A stretch of DNA of 64,000 nucleotides from Macrostomum lignano (lineage: Eukaryota): assembly GCA_002269645.1 (NCBI GenBank), contig NIVC01000296.1:639015-703014 (forward strand), in the 5' to 3' direction. Both the position numbers and the translations under genes were made by a program. The notes under the pieces were generated by a model. It was not told where the DNA came from. It was given only the letters and a program-made list of their open reading frames with translations, and searched no databases. Below, piece after piece: positions 23,331-34,300 of the stretch. The stretch's first letter is position 1. Each line of letters begins with the position of its first letter.

Positions 23331-24045
23331 GACCCCTGCCAACAATGCTACTGACCCCTGCCAACAATGCTACTGACCCCTGCCAACAATGCTACTGACC
23401 CCTGTCAACAATGCTACTGACCCCTGTCAACAATGCTACTGACCCCTGCCAACAATGCTACTGACCCCTGCCAACAATGCTACTGACCCCTGCCAACAAT
23501 GCTACTGACCCCTGCCAACAATGCTACTGACCCCTGCCAACAATGCTACTGACCCCTGCCAACAATGCTACTGACCCCTGCCAACAATGCTACTGACCCC
23601 TGCCAACAATGCTACTGACCCCTGTCAACAATGCTACTGACCCCTGTCAACAATGCTACTGACCCCTGCCAACAATGCTACTGACCCCTGCCAACAATGC
23701 TACTGACCCCTGCCAACAATGCTACAGACCCCTGCCAACAATGCTACTGACCCCTGCCAACAATGCTACTGACCCCTGCCAACAATGCTACTGACCCCTG
23801 CCAACAATGCTACTGACCCCTGCCAACAATGCTACTGACCCCTGTCAACAATGCTACTGACCCCTGCCAACAATGCTACTGACCCCTGCCAACAATGCTA
23901 CTGACCCCTGTCAACAATGCTACTGACCCCTGCCAACAATGCTACTGACCCCTGTCAACAATGCTACTAACCCCTGCCAACAATGCTACTGACCCCTGCC
24001 AACAATGCTACTCATGACCCCTGCCAACAATGCTACTGACCCCTG
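23331..24045. repeat. 22-bp tandem repeat, right part (about 32 copies)
   Basis: Same unit as 18653-18724. Confidence 0.95.
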
Positions 24046-24081
24046 ACTTGCTACGATGTCAAGGCTCACGGGGGAATTGTG

Positions 24082-24192
24082 ACAGCAGATGATCCAATGC
24101 AAGGACATGACGAGAGTGATGCGATGGCTTGAAGATGGACGCGATATCGAGTGCCCAACGCACTGCATTGGCTATACTCTGCTGCACGCCGC
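24082..24192 (+). pseudogene. 111-bp copy of ankyrin-cGLR coding sequence (24881-24991) embedded between gatgtcaaggctcacg motifs
   Basis: Two mismatches over 111 bp by eye, same orientation. Confidence 0.85.
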
Positions 24193-24773
24193 GTTGAGAT
24201 GTCAAGGCTCACGAGCGGGGATTGTGGATATGTCAAGGCTCACGGGGCGGAATAGCTGAGATTTCAAGGCGTATACAAGGGGAATTGCTGAGGTTATTGC
24301 AAGAAGAAGCTACATGTAGTTTATTCAAAAATTTGTATTCCATTCTTTGTTGGCTCCCCAACGGGGGACGCTGATGGCTAGTACAAGGTACTATATCTAA
24401 TATGATCCAAGAAGTATATAGCTTAGGGCTTGATCAATTTTTACGCTTTTTACTGTACATACAGTTTGTCATTGTTTGTACTTTTTTATGCATTGTACGC
24501 GCCCTGTTTTCGCGCAGTCTAGTTCAACCGTTTTTTTACTACCAATTCTCTTTCCAAACACCCATGGACGAGCGATAGTGTACGCGCTTTGTACCTGGTA
24601 CCTTGTACAGTAATTCTATATTTAATTACATAGCCCAAGCAGCATGCTTTACAGTCACAACAGTTTGTGTGTAATGAGAGACGTACAATATTAGGAAAGG
24701 CTATAACATTATGCCAACCCACAACTAGTCGAGCTAATATACTCGGATCGGCTTAAGTTTGGCCGAAGTTGCA

Positions 24774-27700
24774 ATGCTAAATCCGATAAAACGCTTGCTC
24801 ACAACAGTGAGTGCGATAGCGCGCTGCACTCGGCGGATCAGCACCGGCAGTTGCCAAGCCCACAGAGCCAGCCGCCTTCTACAGCAGATGATCCAATGCA
24901 AGGACATGACGAGAGTGATGCGATGGCTTGAAGATGGGCGCGATATCGAGTGCCCAACGCACAGCATTGGCTATACTCTGCTGCACGCCGCCGCCAGGTA
25001 CAACCGAGTCGGGCTGGTTGAACGCCTCATCGAGGGCAAAGCCAACGTCAACGCGCAGAGCCTGTGGGGCGCTGCGCCGCTACACTTTGCCGTCCAGAAG
25101 AACTCGCTGTTGTCTTTGAAACGCCTGCTGGCAGTGCCCGAAATACAGGTTGGCATCAGGACCAGGAACGGGCTCTCACCGCTGCACTACGCGGCCGATC
25201 ATGGCCACTTGGAGGCGGCCGAGCTGCTCGTGGAGGCCGGCGTCGACATGAACGAGCAGACAGCGGACGGCAGAGCTCCGCTACACTTTGCCTGCTTGAA
25301 GGGCCACAAAGAGTTTGCTCTGTGGCTAATCGACTCAGGAATGGCGAACTGCAGTCTAATAAAGAAGGACGGTAAGACTGCGCTTCACCTGGCGAACTTC
25401 GAAGACATTGCTAGACGATTGATTGAAAAAGGCGTCGGACTGAACACGAAGGATGTGAATGGCCGTACAGCTCTGTTCTTGGCTGCTGCCAGCAACAATG
25501 CAGAAGTTGTGGCTTCGCTATTGAAGGCCGGAGCACTTATTAACTTCGCAAACAATAAAGGACAGACCCCGTTTCACATTGCATGCAAAAATAATTGCGA
25601 AGAAGTCGTGCGCATGCTGCAACAGGAACGGCTCAATCCTAATGCTAGCGACAAGCTGGGCTGCAGCGCACTTCACTTGGCCACTGATAATGGCCACTCT
25701 GAAATAGTTAAGCGGCTTCTCGAGAAAAAGAAGATTCGAGTCAACTCGCGTGACTGTCAGGGCCGGACGCCTTTATACTTTGCTGCTTATCGTGGGCAGA
25801 TCAAAGCTGTAAAACTGCTGTCATAGTGCAATCGAACGGAGTTAAACATACAGGGCAACGACGGCAATACACCACTGCACGCGGCTGCGGATTGTGGCCA
25901 CACGGAGGTTGTTGAAGCTCTATTGAAGGCAGGCTGCAATGTCAACCTGCACAACAGCACTAGGAGCGGGGTGCCTCTTCACTTTGCCGCTGACAGGGGC
26001 TTCGTCAAGATTGTGCAACTGCTCCTGGACTACGAAGCTGAAGTTGACGCTAAATCCAGCGAAGGCTGGACGGCGCTGCAATTCGCATCGAGACTAGGCC
26101 GCACCGAGGTCGCTCGGATACTAGTGGTGCGCGGAGCGTGCGTCAATAGTTCTGGCCGCCATGGCTGGACGCCGCTGCACGTGGCCACGCGCAAGGGTCA
26201 CGGGGAAATTGTCAAGCTGCTTATTGGAAAGTCGGCCAATGTTGGCATCGAGCTTGAAGACGGGAATGCGCCGCTGCATTTTGCGGCCCAAAATGGGCAT
26301 CCAGAAATTATTACAATGCTTTTAGATGCGGGAGCTTCTCCGACACAAAAGGCGCACCGCACTTCCTCGACGCCAATTGATCTCGCAGCAGTGTTTAACC
26401 GACATTTGTCATTAAAGCTGATGCTAAAGTCCCTTTGCCGAAAAGGCGTTGATCTGCTCAACGAAGAAAGCTTGGAAAGTCTTGATAGAACCAAGCTAAA
26501 GGAGGCTCAAGAACTTCTGTCGACAGATAGACCACAGCGTGACACTAAGATACGGTACGTTCTAACGTGTGCCTTGTTGATAAATTCATTGCAGGAGTTG
26601 CATCATTGACCTTGAAACGCAAAAATATGAACGTGTAGAATAAAACAATGTTAAAAAAATTATTGATAAATATGATAACCCCGTCACCAGCTCAGCGGTA
26701 AACGCGCCCGACTTTCACGCAACAGCCCCTGGTTCGATTCCGTGCACAGTCACATTAATTTTGGGGCTTGCGCACAAAGATTAGCCGGCGCTTGTCGTGC
26801 AATTCACAACCCATGAGGGCCAACCCCCAAGGCACAGAGTGTACATTGTACATTCCTATCGATTAGAAAGTCATGGCCGCTGTACAGCTTGTGCATGAGT
26901 GCATGTCTGCGTACAGTGCCTGCGTATGCGCATGTACGAGTATGCGCTCAGGAGTCAGCAGAGTGGGCAGAATTGCCTGAGAGCTGATTGGGGCGATGTC
27001 GCCGAAGGTATAACGCCAGGCTGCCCACAGCCTTCCTGCAATTAATTAATATAAACATTATAAACCCCCGTCCTTACAACTTGCAGCAGCCAGGAACTGC
27101 ACGAGGCAGTGAACGAGGCAGGCTTCATTCGAGAGAGATGCGTGACCCAGACAGCGATGAGTCATGTGTTAGAAGAAATTATTCAGTCACACTCAGGGCA
27201 GACCATGTGCCTGACAGGCAGCTTCTCCGAAGGCTGGGGCTGCTCCCTTACTCGATTGGATGGCATTGTGGATCTTAACTCTGATTTGGACATGACTGTC
27301 TTCATCAAGGGCCTTCGGTACCACCTGAAAGGATTTTGCAAGTGTACAAAGCTGAAAGAGTCTCCCGAAGACGATAACAGAAGACGAGAAATTGCTGAAC
27401 GACAGCGTAACACCTTGGAATACAGCAAGGGACACGTAAAGTTCAGCGGACATTGTGAGTTTGCAGTAGGCGAATTAGTTTTTGCATTGTAAGCAGTCAA
27501 CAGATGTACTTAAACTAATAAATGCGACCCAAATTTTAGCCTCCAATCCAGTTCGCAACTTCTACGGATCCATAAAGCGTCCGGCCATGGACGAAGCGGT
27601 CGCCTACAACTGCTGCTCCTATCCGGACATGCCGATCCTAGATGCCAAAACCACTAACATAAACAAGGTCTGCATGGATAAGCTCAAACGAGAGTCGCTC

Positions 27701-28951
27701 AGGCACAACTCCTGTCACTTGGTTTCCGCCGCCCCTCCCGGAATGGAGGGTCTCTACATAAGAGTTAGTACGGCCCTTCTCGAGAAGAAGATGACTAGGC
27801 ATCTTAATATTGTCCAGGGTCAGGTTTTAACTATACTTAAATATCTCACCAAAAGTGTTGTCAATAAGAACAAACGAGCACTAAAGTCGTATCACGTTAA
27901 GACTTTAATTTACAGGTTGGTGAATGAGGTGGCAGAAGAGGAGTGGATGCCCAATAATCTCATTTCTCTTGTTGAAAAGGCTCTAAACAAGCTAGCCGAA
28001 GATTTGGAAAAAGATTACGAGGGTGTTAAGCCGCATGACGTCATGCCTCATTTCTTTCTGCCTGACACAATGCTTCAACTGCATAGAGATGGACCCCACC
28101 GAGGTGAAGTGGCAAAAACGGTGCGCAATGTTTTTAGTAATTTGAATCGACATCTAATTGAATACAAGCGGCTGCTGCGACCCTTGGGACCTGACAAGCT
28201 GATGAATTTTCATCCATTTATGTACATTCCTCGAAGCCCAGTAAGTTCAAGTGGCCTCTCATCAGACTCGACTGAATATTTTGCGTTATTTGACCATATG
28301 AAGCGTCTGCTACTCTGTTTGACTAATGACATACAATCGGATAAATGCAGCCTGCTCAAGGATATCGATGCCATTCCGGTATTTGCCAAGACGGCGCGCG
28401 AATGCATGAAAGCGCTGGCACAGTTGAAATACGGTGAAGTCGATGCAGCTAAAGACACGGTGGAAGCTTTCGTCAACAGCGGCCATCAGGTCTCTCGAGG
28501 AATTGAGGTTCGAGAGAACGCCAAAGCAGTTGACAATGAAATCGAACATGTTTGGCGGCAGCTGACAGAGACAGACTCGGCATATAAGTTCTGCTTCTAT
28601 ATTCCTCCACCTACGGATCCTAACCTTGACTTTGTGAGCCCGAGAATTAGCGATTGGGTTCCGCTCAAGCTTCTAGACTTTGATAGCTACTACGGCATAA
28701 ATTTCGACGTTCTGATTAAGAGTTTCTACATGGAGTTCTTTCCTGACCACAAAGCGACGAAAATGAAGTGGTTTCGCGAACTCATCGATGGAGACCTCGA
28801 CGTCAAAGGAATGCTGATGCTAATTGAGTTCTGCAACGAGTCAGTTTTGCTGCTCGATATGATTCACAAGCACAAGGCGTTGGTGGCTGCTTCGAAAATC
28901 CTACAAGATAAACTGGTTTTAAAAATTCAAGACATGGTAGGTCTGCTTTAA
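24774..28951 (+). CDS. Ankyrin-repeat / Mab-21 (cGAS-like receptor, cGLR) fusion, about 1198 codons. Exons 24774-26554, 27087-27454 and 27504-28951, with an in-frame TAG at 25824-25826.
   Basis: About 15 TPLH-type ankyrin repeats that continue in frame through the TAG. Introns are phase-compatible (2,1) and the exons total 3597 nt. NTase signature TGSFSEG...SDLD (27214-27291) and third acidic residue MDEAV (27590). Mab-21 motifs SCHLV, RVSTALLEK, LTILKYL, LKSYHVKTL, W..NNLISL and MPHFFLP. A further 3' exon after 28970 is possible. Confidence 0.8.
26680..27040 (+). mobile_element. tRNA-derived SINE (family A, copy 2) in intron 1 of the ankyrin-cGLR gene
   Basis: A-box agctcagcgg and B-box ggttcgattcc (26731-26741). 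Shares cagtcacattaattt..ggggct, cgtgcaatt, ccaacccccaaggcacag and ggccgctgtaca with 2973-3330. Confidence 0.75.
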
Positions 28952-29749
28952 TTTGTATTGTCAAATTACTTAGCGTCTACTCCGAAGGCTAAATACTCGT
29001 ACGTGCAAACACGTCCCTTGCAGGAAGAACTGCAGAAGCAGTCAAAGACTAGGACTCTAAGAAAACTTATTCAGGAAGAGTTACTCGATCTGGACAGCTT
29101 CGGTCGGTGACATGCCATCGGCTTGCGCATTTTTATCGTTTAAGCCACCGTTTTTGGTTTGACGTGCGTTCTGAGAGATACCTACTTGACAGCGTAGGTG
29201 TTATTCTCATGTATATTACTCGTAGTTTAGTTTCCATAAGGACTTGCACAACAGTTCCTTTTTAAGGAAGCTACATTTTAGATGAGGAGCTTTGCAAGGT
29301 ATAATCTTTTTTGATTGGAATGTGCGCTGCATGAAGGTAGCAGATGCATTTGCTGTGCATAGCAATATAACATTAACATTTATTCTTGCGGGAAACAATG
29401 TAGAATTTTGAGGGCGCGTAAGCGCCTGACAAAATTCTACATTGTTGCCCAGCAAAAATAAATGTTTATAATATTGTCATAATGTGAGAAAATTCCGGGC
29501 GTCAATGTCGAAAATTCCGGGCTCTGTGTTGTAACATACAATAAGTTTTAAGTGTCTAAGATCATTCTTTCTCCTCATTTGTCAATTTAGGACCATAGAC
29601 AAATAGGCATAGGTATTTATGGGCTTAGATTCACTATAAAAGGAAAAAGAACGTCAGGATAAATTTTAATTTGTTAGCATGTACCACGCTTCAAACATGA
29701 TCAATCATTTGATCAATTATTCAAATTTGCCTGGAAAAGTTGTATCTGG

Positions 29750-30030
29750 TATGTCGACCGAAGAGCTGGCCTGGATTTCAGCGGAGCCAAACAGCCGGTA
29801 ATTGGAGGAATTGAGCAAGGAATTCGCGGACAAGATCGAGTCAGAAGAGATTCTCGACATTCCAGACGACGTGATTGAAGAGCTAAATGAGCTAGAACGC
29901 GATGGTATACCCGATTCTTCTGTTCGGCAGATGGAGGACAATATAAACCGTTTAAAGAGATTTCTGGAAGATAACAAGCTGTCAACTGATCTATTACTAA
30001 TTCCAAAGTCTATTTTGGCTAATTGATGCC
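29750..30030 (+). pseudogene. Decayed coding fragment, possibly the N-terminal part of a Crypton/DUF3504-type element
   Basis: Interrupted ORF IPDSSVRQMEDNINRLKRFLEDNKLSTDLLLIPKSILAN loosely resembles this region from memory. No catalytic motif seen. Confidence 0.3.
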
Positions 30031-31325
30031 CTGAAAATGCAGGCATAGGTAGTTGGAGACCGATCTATTAATAACTTAGTCCCTGAAAAGCATTTAGACT
30101 TACTTGGATAGGATTATACCACAGACAAAAACTCACTGACTGGGTCAAATCCAGCTGAAATGAGCTGAAATTCAATGATATCAAATTAGCTCGCTACAAC
30201 CATGGACCATTTCATGCATGTCGTAGTAATATCAGGTGCTCATTTTTTAACTGAATTTATCTTTTCATCCCGTCAGCTTGGGGGGGGGTCATTACAAGAT
30301 TTGTGGGCACCCTGTTTTTATTCATTTCTATAACGTACCGAATTTCTGGCTTTCGTGGACGGATGGCGCAATCATATAAAAATTACACTATGTACAGGCA
30401 GCTACTTATAAATCAAGGCTATAAATCGTGCTCCTACTATTTTTATTCAATATTTATTCAGCTTCTGTAATATAAAAATAATCAATTTGTACAGCGGGAC
30501 GTCTATGGCTTTAAATGATCAGCTTAATTGTGCCAAATGCAATTGGCCTAAAATCATGTTTTTGTCTGCTTACGAATTTTATATTGTCTTGCAGCTAATA
30601 AGCGCGTACTTATTTTGTAGGACATCTTAAAAAGTTATTTTAAATCATTTTTTTCTGAATCTGATTAATGTAACTAATAAAATGTTATCTCTGTTGTTCA
30701 GCACACGTCTCCAACTTACTCGTTTTATTTACTCAATATACATGTACTGATCGCGATGTAAAGAAATTGCTGTCTAATTTACATGTATAGAATTTAAAAG
30801 ACATGGCCTAATGGTCAACAAGTGGCGACTCGATCAGAGCGGGAAGACTATAGATCCAGCCAAACAAACGAATTAAAAGCACAAATAGATCCGATCGTAA
30901 TATGTTGTAATGTACGAGCCTCGAGCAAGTACAAGTGTTGTCCTTTGGCCTCGAGTTAAGAAGCAGCTTGTAAGTTTTGTATGTAGCGGTTTTGTGCATG
31001 TCTGGAATATTTGGGGACAGGGGCGTCGCCATGGATTCTATGGTGGGGGGGGGGGGACAAAGCCTACATGTACATGCCAAAATTCCTACATGTACATTTT
31101 TTTCAGAATCGGTATTGTCAGCACTCATTTTTTCGCCGCAGGCACGATCATTTTAGCGCCGCAGGCACTCATTTTTGCGCCGCGGGCCACTCATTTTAGC
31201 TCCGCAAGCACTCATTTTGGCGCCGCAGGCACTCATTTTGTCGCCCTGCAACAATTAGTATTGATTCCCTCCAAAAGGTAAGGTGTGGGGGGAACAGAGC
31301 ATTGGCATGTCCCCCCAGATCTTTT

Positions 31326-34300
31326 TGTGAATTGGCTATCTTATACCGATTTGAACTGTACTGCTTTGTGCGTTTGGCTGCTCAATTTTAGCTTACCATT
31401 TTAGACTCTCCTCCTCCATTGAAATGATCGATTTCTATTTATACGTACAGTACTTCTTCGCAATGTACATCGTTCGTCCTAACTACATGTACTCAGTTCT
31501 ATAATACAATATAAAGGACCAACGCGTCAGTTTAGAAACGCTGTCTACAACTTGCGGCTCAAGCCAATTCAATCGCTTCGTCTCAATCTCAATTCATCAC
31601 AATGGCGACGAGGACTTTTGGCCAAATTCCAGAACTTTCAGCTGAATCAGACCTTGAAATCTACGCTGAGCGCATGAACCAATATTTCATATGCAACAAA
31701 GTTGAGACTGCCGAGGCCAAGCGTGCTATCTTTCTTACTGCCATTGGTGAGGAGTACTACAAATTGCTTCGTGACTTGTGTCAGCCACAGAAACTGACTC
31801 AAAAATTCTACGAAGAGCTGCAGGACATACTAAAGAAGCATTGCTCGCCCGAACCTTCGGAGATCGCCGCACGTTTCAAATTTCAGCAACGTCTTCAGCA
31901 AGATGGTGAATCTTTCGCTAACTTCTTGGCAGGACTGAAAAACGCTGCAAACCATTGCAAGTTTGGCGAATCCCTTCAGGAGCGACTTCGAGATCAGTTT
32001 TTGTTCGGAATGAGAAGCGACAATTTCCGCTCTAAGCTACTCGAGAGTTCGGATCATTCGTACGCTGGGCTGATCAAACTGGCCTTGGACCTCGAAGCTG
32101 CTCACAAATCTTCAAGCGAGATGGCGCACACTTCAGCAACCAATCGAGTCAGCGCGAATCCATCAGTGGCACGCCCGAGAGCACAGTACAACATCAGCCA
32201 ACATTCTGGTCCCGCTGGATCAGCATCCAAGCCAGGCACCTGCGACAGCTGTGGAGGTCCACATTCGCGTCAGAACTGTAAATTCCGTAACTCGAAATGC
32301 CATGCTTGCGGGAAGGTTGGCCACATTAAGAAGGTTTGCAGGTCAGCAAAATCTGTGAAACTCCTGGAGGAGAATGAAACCGGGTCTCAGTACGACGAAG
32401 AAAACTACGAGGAAGAGCCAATATTTCATGTCTCAATGACTTCCAAGTCCCCGATTCTGGTGCCTCTGCAAATCGAGGAAGTGCAATCTCATTTTGAGCT
32501 GGACACAGGATCTGCTGTAAGTCTCGTTCCTAAGGCATTCTATGATAGCCATCTGTCTCATCTGCGACTGCATCCGTCCAAGACGACTCTGCGAACCTAC
32601 ACGGACCAGGAGTTCTCTCCGATCGGAGAAGTAACAGTGAAGGTCACTTACGAAGGGCAGGTAGCTTCTCTGCCGCTACTGGTGGTGTCTGAAGGCAGCG
32701 CTCGACTCCTGGGACGCAACTGGCTAACCGTCATCCGCCTAGACTGGCCTCGCTTGACAGCACCCGTCAACTAGTTGATCGCAGCACCTAACGATATGGC
32801 TACTGAGCTGGTCCGTCAGTTTCCGGATGTCTTCGCCGAGGGTCTCGGTAAGTATCGCCTCAGTGAAGTCGATCTTCATTTACAAGAAAATGCTACACCA
32901 AGGTTTTACAAGGCGCGACCGATTCCCTATGCTCTGCGTGAGACCGTCGATTTAGAGCTTCAGCGCATGGAATCAGAAGGGGTCATCACTCCAATAGCGA
33001 CTTCTCGATGGGCTGCCCCGATTGTGCCAGTAGTAAAGAAGGACGGTTCTGTACGAATCTGCGGAGATTACAAGTGCACATTCAACCAGGTCGCAAAGCA
33101 AGAGCACTACCCGCTGCCGAGGATCGAAGATTTATTTGCGAGACTGGGTGGCGGCCACAAATGGAGCAAACTCGACCTGGCAAAGGCATTTCTGCAGCTC
33201 CCAATATCAGAAGACAGCAAACAGTACCTCGTTATCAACACTCAACGTGGACTGTTCAAGGTGAACCGCCTGCCATTCAGTATCTGCTCGGCCAGTGCAA
33301 TTTTTCAACGCATCCTTGACAGTCTGCTCGGGCATCTCAACGGCGTCCAGGTTTATCAGGACGACATCCTGGTTACCGGGTCTTCACTGGCGGCTCACAA
33401 AGAAAATCTGCTGCAAGTCCTGCACAAGCTTCAAGAGGCCGGACTGCGTCTCAACGTCGCCAAGTGTGCTTTCTTCCAAGACTCCATCGACTATTTGGGC
33501 CACCGAATTGACCAACACGGGCTGCGGCCGCTCGAGAGCAAGGTCGACGCAGTTCAGAACGCACCGGCTCCGAAAGACGTATCTCAGCTGCGATCCTATT
33601 TGGGAATGCTGACGCATTACGCCAAGTTTCTTCCCAATCTGGCATCAGTCGTGGCGCCGCTTAATCAGCTCTTGTCGAAGGGCGTCAGCTGGCTTTGGAG
33701 CGACCGCGAGAACGAAGCCTTCCAAGCATCGAAGCGAATGCTGCTCGAATCAAAAGCTCTGATGCACTTTGATCCAAATCTGCCGATTCGTCTCGAGTGC
33801 GACGCTTCCGCGTACGGCATTGGCGTGGTTCTCAGTCACCGGGTGGGCGGTCAGGATCACGCGATCGCATTTGCTAGCAAGTCGCTAACTTCAGCCCAGC
33901 GAAACTATTCTCAGCTGGATAAGGAGGCACTAGCCATAATCTACGGTGTCCAACGCTTCCATCAATTCCTCTATGGTCGGCACTTTACGATTGTCACTGA
34001 CCATCAGCCTCTGCTGGGACTGCTGGGCCCAGACAAAGAGATTCCGACACGTGCAGCTGCCAGGATGCAGCGATGGGCCATCCGTCTATCTGGTTATCGG
34101 TACGCCATGGAGTTCAGGCCCACCCAGAAGCACAGCAATTGCGACTCTCTTTCTCGATTGCCTCTAAAAGGAAACTTTATTGAAGAAGAGGCGGTGCACT
34201 CGCTCACGCTCAAGGAGGACTCTTCCATTGCTGTGACTGCGGCTTTGGTCGCCAAAGCAACTCTGGCTGACCCTATACTGTCCAAGCTGCTTCGCCTTCT

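Noticed and set aside
23331-24045. CRISPR-like appearance of this and other regular arrays
   Set aside because: Units are contiguous with no unique spacers, there are no cas genes, and the context is eukaryotic.
32772-32777. Programmed gag-pol amber readthrough or TAG-to-Gln code reassignment
   Set aside because: The stop falls after the protease, and the element has other lesions. The 1319-codon Copia ORF and the KICS2 and CUB-LDLa models have no internal TAG.
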